Source of the DNA: Paraspadella gotoi
Lineage: Eukaryota > Animalia > Chaetognatha
Assembly: GCA_051294375.1 (NCBI GenBank)
Contig: CM119268.1
Location: 7,212,861 to 7,276,860, forward strand
Reading direction: 5' to 3'
Length of the DNA stretch: 64,000 nt
The notes beneath the pieces were generated by a model that ran no database searches, was not told where the DNA came from, and saw nothing but the letters and a program-made list of their open reading frames with translations. The stretch's first letter is position 1; each line of letters starts with the position of its first letter. Made by a program: the position numbers and the translations under genes. This document shows positions 50,106-64,000 of the stretch, one piece after another.

Positions 50106-51139
50106 AGAAATTTTCTTAACTTTTCAGGCACCCTTTAATTTAAAGGGAGCAGATGTGAAAATGAAAATATGTTTAATATTTTTTTTTTCAGGCCATTTCG
50201 TAAAATCGGAAGCCTCTGGTTACTCGATATTCTCGTTAGGGAATCTAGGGATGCCGATCTTGAGCGAAGCACCCAAACTCGTCGAACCTTGGAGCGACTT
50301 TTAAAACTTGTAAAACAAGACTTGTAAAACAACTAATTTTAAGTACATTCTAAAAAAAAAAGAAAGAATAAAAATCCATAAAACGGTTTTTACCGCTAAA
50401 GAGCATCAGGAAGCACTGGAAATATTTTAAGTTAAAAAATAAAAGACGAAAAAAAGGAAATGTTTTCGAAATTATTTTTTTTAGTTCCTTCGTCTGCAAG
50501 AATGACGAAGCTTTGCCTAAAATAATAAACTAAGAATTTATTAACAGTTTATGGTAATTCCACGGATTTAAGGTGAAAAAATGGAATATCGTTGTCTCTC
50601 AATTCGCCACATTTTCAAATCCAAACAAATGCAATACGTGAATTTCCCTTTGATCACATGATATTACATGACAAGTCACGACTAAAAAGCCAGTGAATTT
50701 ATGACATAATTTGTAATTTGTTTCATTCTGAAAGCTGGTCCGAAGACCATGGGCCGTCGTAATACAAATGAGCGCAGCAGTATAAACATAATTTAACGAA
50801 ATAAAATTCAACAAAGCACAGAACAAAATTAGAACGAAAAACAAATATTAATTAGTCTTTATCTTTCGCTTTATCTTTTCAAATGAAAGGAATTCCGGGA
50901 TCCTGTAAAATTACTAAGCGAAGGTTACTTATGAAATTTACAAAATTACTTATATTTCCTCCGAAATACGGGTATTTATGCATATCCGATAAATATACGG
51001 GCTTTTTTTCCCATTAATTGAACAAACTGACAAAGCGCTCGCTTATAAATTCTAAATCGTAATTTTTGTAAGCCTATCGAATCTAAAACTTGACACGGTA
51101 CGTTAACAATAGTTTTAAAAATCTTCATTTCTATTCTTT

Positions 51140-51555
51140 CTAATTTAAACCCAATTGGCGTTTGACACGTTCGAAAAAACAGGACATACTGTACTCTAAT
51201 AATGAAATCACAAAGACATTATACAAACGTAACAGAATTTCGAGCTCTAAAAATGGATATTGAAATTTTAACTTTTTAAGTACTCCGCATCTCTGATTCA
51301 TCTTTGATGCTAAAATGTTAATATGTTTACCCCATGTTAATTTGTCCTCGTACGTAACCATTGGGATGCTGTTTTACCGATTCTTACAGTTACATATTTA
51401 TTTTTCAAATAGGAATCAATTATCCTAATTAAGCCCTCCGGGAAAGCCAAATTAATCATCTTAACCGGTAGCCCACTAAACCACACTCTCAAGGCATCTT
51501 CAACCTTGTGAAATATAGCTACTGTAAATTTATCCTTTTCGAATCCTCTCATTAC
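51140..51555 (-). mobile_element. Degenerate, internally deleted non-LTR retrotransposon (LINE) reverse-transcriptase remnant
   Basis: Two overlapping frames: ...VAIFHKVEDALRVWFSGLPVKM...LIRIIDSYLKNKYVTVRIG (resembles FxDxxKAFDxVWH..L..K...I.SYL..R...V) and ...DKLTWGKHINILASKMNQRCGVLKKL...LLRLYNVFVISLLEY (post-RT LINE motif). Confidence 0.75.
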
Positions 51556-51589
51556 AAAATTATTGTACCAATTTTATTTCTTGTATTTT

Positions 51590-51700
51590 TAACGTAAGTG
51601 GGACAGACCGACAAACAGACAAACCGACCGACCGACCGACGGATCCACCGACCGACATACCGACCGAAAAGTGACTACTACTAGCGGCGCAACTAAAAAG
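51590..51700 (+). mobile_element. Helentron-associated (HINE/DINE-1-like) non-autonomous element remnant
   Basis: A (GACA/GACC)n microsatellite is followed by AAGTGACT...TAGCGGCGCAACTAAAAA, an arrangement typical of HINE-like termini. Similar GTCCGTCTGTC remnants occur near 2200, 20540 and 47960. Confidence 0.45.
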
Positions 51701-51764
51701 AGACAAAGAGAAACACGGAAATCATGATTATTAGGATTAGAAATCTTTTCCCGTAGATCCAGCG

Positions 51765-52389
51765 ATGGGATTCACGGGTTCGACAGAAAATATGACGAAA
51801 AAGTCCCTGAAAAATGACGTCAGTGATTCGTCGGAAAAACGTGACCTCTCGCTACCGGAAAAAGTCGACCCACAAGTCACACAGATAAGTGACAGCTTTA
51901 ATTTCAAAACTCCAGATTTCAAAGCCTCGATACCAACGGAAAATCCTAAGGAACCACCACCGCCACTGCAGCCACCTCCCAACCAACCCACTCACTCGCC
52001 AAACTCGCCCGCCTCCACCGCCCCCCCTCCCGACGGCGGGTGGGGATGGATGGTCGTTCTCGGCAGCGCCATCTTCCACTTTTTCTACATCGGACATTCC
52101 TACGCGACGGGCGTCTTTTACGTCGGGTTTCGATCGGCCTTTCCTTCCGCCTCCAGCGCCGAACTCGCCACCGTCATGTCCAACGTTTACACCGTCATGT
52201 TTTTTCTCTCTCCCGCCGCCGCGGCGCTGCTGCGGCTGGGATTCTCGGCGAGGCAGCTGATCGGCTTCAGCGGAGTTCTGGCCGCCGTCGGAAACGTTAT
52301 AGCGGGAGTCAGTCCAGCGTCACCGGGATCCGGTTTGGGGGAGAAAGAGAGAGAGGGAGAGAGGGAGATAGAGAGAAGGAGAGAAGGAA

Positions 52390-52446
<57 letters not shown>

Positions 52447-53628
52447 AGAGAGAGAAGAGCAGAGGCGCGAAACGATAAATGTAGATTTTAGGCTATAATA
52501 GATTAAAAATAGATTAAAAATAAAAAGAACCTAAGAAAGCTACGCAATTAAGGAACAGATATAAAGACAAAATAATTTATTGGTGTGAAAATACATTACA
52601 TTTAAAACTTACAATACTTAACAACAATCCCCTCCTTTCACAGAATCTCCTTCAATCTTTTCCTGGGTCTCGCCGGCGCCTTCAGCTTCCTTCCCTCCCT
52701 CTCTCTCATTGGCCTATATTTCGAGCGACGTCGCTCACTGGCCACGGGATTGGCCACTTTGGGGTCCGGATTGGGCGGCTTCGTCCTGCCTCCTCTCCTC
52801 GCCCTCTCCTTCGACGAGTACGGCCTCTTCGGGACGATGCTGCTCGTCGGAGCCGCGATGCTGCACATTTCCTTCAGTGGAATGCTGCATCGGCCTCTGC
52901 CTCTGCCGCTGCGTGGTCAGCCGAGCAGCGATGATTCGTCTTCGAGGAAAGATTCCATCCTTGTCCGCTGCCTCTCTTTTCTTCTCCGACTTCCTCGCCA
53001 TCTCCTCGGCCTCTTCCTCCTCCTCCTCCGCTCCCCCTATCTCCGCCCCCCTGTCCTCCTCCACCTCCTCGCCCAACTCCTCGGAGCGCCGGCGATTTGG
53101 ATTCCCGTCAACTTCCTTCCGGCGTTGGCCAAAGATCACGGCATCCCCGAAGTCACCGCCTCCACCCTCTCCTCCATCATCAGCGCTGGCAACGCCGCCG
53201 GACGCTTCCTCGTCGGCTTCAGCATGGATCTGCCGTGGCTGCGGCGTCGCCGCGTCGTCGTCGCCGCCGCCGTCATGATCTGCAGCAGCGTGGCGGATCT
53301 CTGCGGGGTCTTCGCGGCGTCCTACGGCGCCTTCGCCGCTTTCGCCGCCTGCCGCGGCGTTCTCGACGGGTTCAGCATCGTGCTGCGGCTGCTGGTTCTA
53401 CAGGATCTCGTCGGGAGAGAGAGCTACACCGACGCGCTGGGGTTGATGAACGTCTTTCTCGGGGTGGGTATGCTGGCGGTACCGCCGGTGGCCGGCATCG
53501 TCGTCGACAAATTCGGCGTGGTGGAAGCGGCGTTCGTCACGACGGCGGCGTTGCACTTTGTCGGCGCCGCTTTTATGTCTTGTATAGCGTGGCAGGGGAG
53601 GAAGTTGATGGGGAAGGAAGGGGAGTGA
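51765..53628 (+). CDS. MFS transporter, monocarboxylate transporter (SLC16/MCT) family; two coding exons
   Basis: Exon 1 starts at 51765 and carries the MCT signature PPDGGWGWMVV after a Pro-rich N-terminus. Exon 2 (52644-53628) has YFERRRSLATGLATLGSGLG and multiple hydrophobic segments. The exon-1 donor (~52307-52332) is not resolved. Confidence 0.9.
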
Positions 53629-55395
53629 GAAGCGAAGTATGGTGCGGAGGGAAAAGCGGAGTGAGAAAGGGAGTTCGTGAAAGCGGGGTGAGAAGCGGAA
53701 TGAGAATTTATCGAGGGGCTAAGTGAGAAGTGGAGTGGAGATAATGATTTTGATGTTCTGTTTAAAAATAAAAATAATTCCATTTATGTTATCTGTTATT
53801 AAATCTACAATGCTATTTAGTACTGTCTTAGTTAGCCTCAGCTGGAATTACAAATGCTGAGCGACCGTTTGATCGAGTTTTGCAGGAGCAAATATTCCCT
53901 AAAGAAAATAATTAATATCCAAGACGTAACATTATATAGCAAGTACAAAGCGTTGATAAATAACAAAATACGAATGATAAAAAGCCACGATTGGGTCAAA
54001 GGTCACTAAGTGTCTCGTCCGTAGGAAAAAAAAAACATCTTTGGGAAGCAAATTCACATTATCGAAATATTTTTTTTTATTGGGAGGAGGAGGAGGAGGA
54101 AGAGGAGGAGGAGGAGGAGGAGGAGAAGAAGATGGAAGATGGAAGATGGAAGTTGACGGAATAAGTCGCGGTTTGGTTTTGATTTGGGTTGTTGAAGATT
54201 TCTCTGTGTGTAAGCACAGTTTATCTGAGAAAGAACTGTCAATTTTTTTTTCTGAAATAAAAGAAACAATTTGACAGTTCAAACGATAAATGAGCATTGA
54301 GCAAGACTAATAGCACTAATGTTGGAGGTGATTTTATGAGGATAATAGCACTAATATAATTGTCAAAAATGTTTGCTTAATCCGTTTAATATGAATAAAC
54401 AAATAAATACACTGCGTTAGTTGATATTGTTGGGCAACTAGGATGAAGCCAATAAAAAAAGAGAAGCTTTTTCAAAGACTTCGCGTCAAATCGAGACGCG
54501 AGTTGAAGAGCAGAACTTTAAAGAAAAGTTAGACAAGTCACGTGATCAGATCGAAACCAATAAGACATTCGAGTCTTTGGATGAAAGGAGCCATCGCACA
54601 AAAAAGAAAATCAAAGCAATGGCGAAATAAGCGCCAAAGCGATTGAGAGAAAGACGGTTTGACCGTTGATGGAGAAAGAGAGAGAGAGAGAGAGAGGGAG
54701 AGGGAGAGAGAGAGAGAGAGAGAGAGAGATAGAAAGATAGAAAAACGAGAGCCATTGGGTGATGGATGGCGCTGGTTTTATTAACGCGATGAAACGTCGT
54801 TCACGAATCAATTTTTTTTCCTCTTTTCGTCCATTTTATGATTTATGGAGATCGTCTATATTCCTGCAAAGTCGTTAGGGGCCCAGATTAGATTGTTCCC
54901 TTTTTTTTTTATACCCCAGACCGGGTTTTTTTTTTTTGGCGAATGGGATGAGATGGAGGGTTTATCTTTTTATTTAGAACTTGTTCCGAAGGCGCCATTC
55001 TCTTTGGTGGGTTTTTTTCAGTCTGGTCACTTACCCCTTCGGTGATTCGACGCTTTTTATTGATTGATGTTCCGCTTTTGAGAACGAAATGGAAAGGACG
55101 GACGGACGGATGGAAGGACGGATTAGATAAAATTCCAATCGTTGGCTTCATACTGACAGAGGCTGTAAAAGAAAATCTTAACAAAGGATCTTATTTGTTG
55201 ATGTTTTACGTATGTATATAACAGGAGCACAAATTAATCCACTACATGTCCACGTCTCTTTTAATTTTAGTTTCTAGTTTCTTAAATCTGAAATCATAAC
55301 TCATTATAATGGTTGTGTGGTTTTTTTTTTTTGGTTCTTTTTAATTAACGAACCTTAAAAACTTTGTAAATATTCGCAACGAAATGGATCGATTT

Positions 55396-55429
<34 letters not shown>

Positions 55430-56136
55430 ATTTATTTGGCGTCGGTATTATCGACGTGCGCCAGATGGAAGGATGGCTTGCCGGCGGCGAGAGTGCTGGT
55501 TTTAGGTGGAACGAGGTGGTCGAGTGGCAAAGAAGAAACTAGTGTGTTAACATAAAAATGTTGGTTGGGAAATTGTGCGGGATTGTCACGTACAGACATT
55601 CGTTATGAATTGAATGTTGCACGTATGTACTTATGAAGTGACAGAGAGACAATCTAATCGCAGATTAGGGAGCGTCAAGTTTAAGAGGAACTACGAAAAG
55701 AAATGGAAATGAGTATAGGCTTTCGCAAATAAATGACACGAGTGTCGGTGAAAACATTTAATCATAAAAATGACGAGAGCGCCATCTGTGTTGGTGACGG
55801 TTTTAGGTGGAAGGGATGACGCATCCGGCACCGAGAGAAAAAAAAGAGAAAGGCCGTCTCACGTTTTGTTTGTTCCTCACTTCTGTTTCTCAAAAAACAA
55901 CAAAAAAAACAACAAAAAACAAAAACTCGTATATTCGATAAATAAGTCTATTTCAGAAATAAGAAAAAATCGAATATTCATGACGTAAAAAAAAACAATT
56001 CTCGAAACATCCTATAATGTGAACGAAATTTATATTTAGTAAAAGGAAAAAAAAAACCTTGACAAACTCGCGGCATTTAAAAAAAAAGAAATATTTTTAT
56101 ATGGACATTAGTTTCCACTTTGTCCAAAAAAAAAAA

Positions 56137-57784
56137 ATGTCTTGGGCGTCGAAGGAAACGTTGAGATTTTGTTCTGCGACGTCAGCTCACGGATTCGCCA
56201 GAATTTCAGCGTCGAGAGGAAGAAAGCGAACATTTTTCTGGATCCTTTTATGCGTGGGTGAGAGTTTTTTTTTTTTTATCTTTTCTGTTGGAGTCATTGT
56301 AAATTAACGTCATTGGGAAAAGTTTTTGAAGATGTTATGAATCGTCGTATCCAACAAGTTAATCGGTCTGTTAATACACAAAAGATTATAAATCGATTTC
56401 GCTTCACCCCCCCCCAAAGTCTCCTGGTCAATTCTCCTCGGCTCCGTGGTCATTTCCTGGCTTCAATTCTTGGCCAATCCCAAAGTGACAACCATGAAGA
56501 TGCAAAACATGACCAAGGATTACCCTGTCGTCACTTTCGTGTTCATGAACGTCGGAATGACGAAAGTGCTGACGACGATACCGAAAGGATTCAACATTAA
56601 GACGAAAAAAAATGATGGTGAGAAATGGATATTGAATCGTGTGAAGTTTGGCGATTGGCGAAGTTCACGAAGAAGATATCACAAGATATCACAAGGGATA
56701 ATTATCAATGAAAAAGAATAAGCGTAAGAATAGCAATAAGAGCACAAGAGTTTTCTTCTAAGAACACGTTTCTCGCCTTCAGTCAGTAAGGAAGAAAGAA
56801 AAGACGAGTATGAGACAGAGACGGTCATCTCCCCCTTAATCCTTCCCAGACATAAACGCACCCGGCGTCCGAACCCAACCCTTCGTCTACCGCTACGAGA
56901 CCAACGCCCCCTACTTCCTCCCGCAAATGAAGATCGTCCCCGGTCTACGCGCCGACTACCGACGCTACAATCTCACCGTCACCGATCTTCTCCTCGGCGA
57001 TTGGTTTCGACAGGAACTCGTCGTCAGCTTCGAAGGCCTCGATCTCCAAGCCGGCTTCCCAGCCATCTTCATCTCGCCCAACGCGGACGATCCTTTCCTT
57101 CGCGATCACTACTTTGCGGCGGTGGTGACGCCGAAGCTTCGCACCCTAAAGATCAACATCAATGATGTGGACGACGCCGTCGACGAGACGTCGAAGGACG
57201 GCGCGGATGAATACCCGGACTGGTTCCCCAATCCCGGATTTCGACGCCGCACGGGAATCAACTACGACGACGAATTCTGCTGGCAAGTCATGGAAGATGA
57301 CAATGAGCGCTTCGTGCGGGAGTTTGCGCGGACGAACTTCGACGCCGATTGGGAGGACCGACGCTTCGAGACTACGGATGATCGGAAGGAATTTCCCGAC
57401 GACGCCGTCTGTCCGCCGTCCAAAACGAGGCGCGCCGTCAGCTTCAGCACGCAGGTTCTCCGCAGAGAGGACGTGCCCGGCTCCGAAGCGGAAGCGAACG
57501 TTACTTACGTGACGGTCTCGTTCGCGTCTTCGCGGAAGACGCAAAAGGTGAACCGGTATCAGAAGACCACGTCGGAGTTCGTCTCGGAAATCGGCGGATA
57601 CTTGGGTCTCTGCGTGGGGGCGTCGTTGTTGACCGTCGTGGAGGTGGCGGAGTTTTTGGTGGAGTTGGCGAGGGGGGCGTGGAGGGGGAGGGAGGAGGTG
57701 ACGGAGGAAAGGGAGGAGAAGGAGAAGGAAAAGGAAATGACGGAGAAGGAGAAAACTGAACCGCATGTCGAAGCGGACAAGTAG
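56137..57784 (+). CDS. DEG/ENaC (amiloride-sensitive sodium channel) family subunit, ~417 aa, 3 exons
   Basis: Exons 56137-56257, 56420-56617 and 56850-57784 join in phase (two phase-1 GT-AG introns). Motifs: pre-M1 TSAHG, M1 FWILLCVVSWSILL, post-M1 YPVVTF, M2 SEIGGYLGLCVGASLLTVVE with the GAS filter. Confidence 0.88.
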
Positions 57785-58720
57785 AGAGAAACGATATTCG
57801 AATTCAAAGTTCGTTGTTTTTACGTAGAAAGCTCATCGAGGAATACTTTACTCTCATCTATTCCGATTTATGGATCGTTGTCAAAACTTGTTTCGCTACT
57901 TGACTAGTTTCAATCATTTCCTTTCCTTTTTATTCCGTTCTAAGATCTAAGGAATTGTAAAACTTTATGCACAATTTATAGTGTCACAACCTCTCTTTAG
58001 ATACATTCAGATACATCTAACGGTCAATTCCGTCTGACTGTATGTTCCTCGTCCTCCAATGCACTTGATACCTTTTACCCAATTGTCTTGCACTTTGTAT
58101 AGCTGTCGATCTTATACGAAAATACGATTTAAATCAGCAAAAAAATGATGGTCCCTTAAATCGAATTATAAATATTACGTAATTCATTTTCCCCCTCGGC
58201 TCCTCACGGCGCCTTCCAGAAAAAAGAGAGAGAACCCGTGCTTTTCGTGTTTTTTCGGCGGACTTCAAAACAAGTCCGTCCCTTAATTGAATTTATTTCT
58301 TTTTTACGTTTTTACGTTGAACCTGGGGGAAGAGAGAGAGATGTGAGAGAGAGAGAAGAGGAGAAGAGAAGAGAGAGAGAGAATGGAGAGAGAGAGAGAG
58401 AGAGAGAGACCACGTTGGAAATGGAGGTCACATCGGTGAAATTTCCCCGCAAAATTGCTTTTTCCTAATTGGAAAGCGGATTTTAAAAGACGGTCCAACT
58501 TCTTTTTTTGACAAACTTTTAATGATATGTTTAAAAATAATTTGTCGACTAAATTTTAAGTCGTCGGAATAAAAAAAAAAAAAAGGTAATTTATCAGAGT
58601 TTGTTTGTTTGTTCCTGTCAGTCCGTAGATTCGTTAATCTTATCTCTGGTGCTTCCTCTACCTCCTCCTCCTGCTCCTCCTCCTCCTCCTCCCTTCTCGC
58701 TCTTTCCCCCAGCTCCCAGA

Positions 58721-63742
<5,022 letters not shown>

Positions 63743-63894
63743 GTGTTCGGTGTTTAAATTTTCCGGGATTTTCCTTTTTTTTAACTTTTTTTTTCTCACT
63801 TACTTTTCTACCTTTTTAACTTTTTTTCTTCTTATTTTTCATTCTAACTTCACTTATTTATTTTTTTTAGTTTTTTTTTCTTACCTTTCTCCCA

Positions 63895-64000
63895 ACGGTC
63901 TCGCTTTTCCAACGCAAAGGGAAGTCGTTTGGACTGTGGATGGAACGCAACGCCTGGGATGGTGCGTTCCCCCTCTGAGCCGTTGGAATTGGCCGAACGA
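63895..64000 (+). repeat. Second, 5'-truncated copy of the structured element, in a Ttd14 intron (cut by the window end)
   Basis: ACGGTCTCGCTTT.CCAACGCA.AGGGAAGTCGTT..GACTGTGGATGGAAC.CAACGCCTGG...TG.GTTCCCCCTCTGAGCC is shared with the reverse complement of 41446-41546. Confidence 0.8.

Overview
Eukaryotic (invertebrate metazoan) genomic DNA, very rich in microsatellites ((GA)n, (GATA)n, (TGAA)n, (GTC)n), with four assembly gaps. Bases ~1-36,900 contain no recognisable protein gene: they hold simple repeats, minisatellites, small dispersed repeats and three duplicated blocks that are probably partly gap-filling artefacts. Bases 36,915-64,000 contain five spliced genes, reconstructed by hand. 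These are a muscle-type myosin II heavy chain on the minus strand (15 exons covering the motor and first IQ; no rod exons found in the window), an SLC16-like MFS transporter, a short Cys-poor DEG/ENaC subunit, a Ttd14-like P-loop NTPase that runs off the window, and a secreted C-type lectin nested on the same strand inside the first (probably GC-AG) intron of the Ttd14-like gene. The most unusual non-coding signal is a ~240-nt element densely packed with predicted helices. It starts 4 nt into a myosin intron and recurs, with a compensatory base-pair change, in the sense orientation of a Ttd14 intron. All homology calls come from motif recognition by eye; no searches were run.
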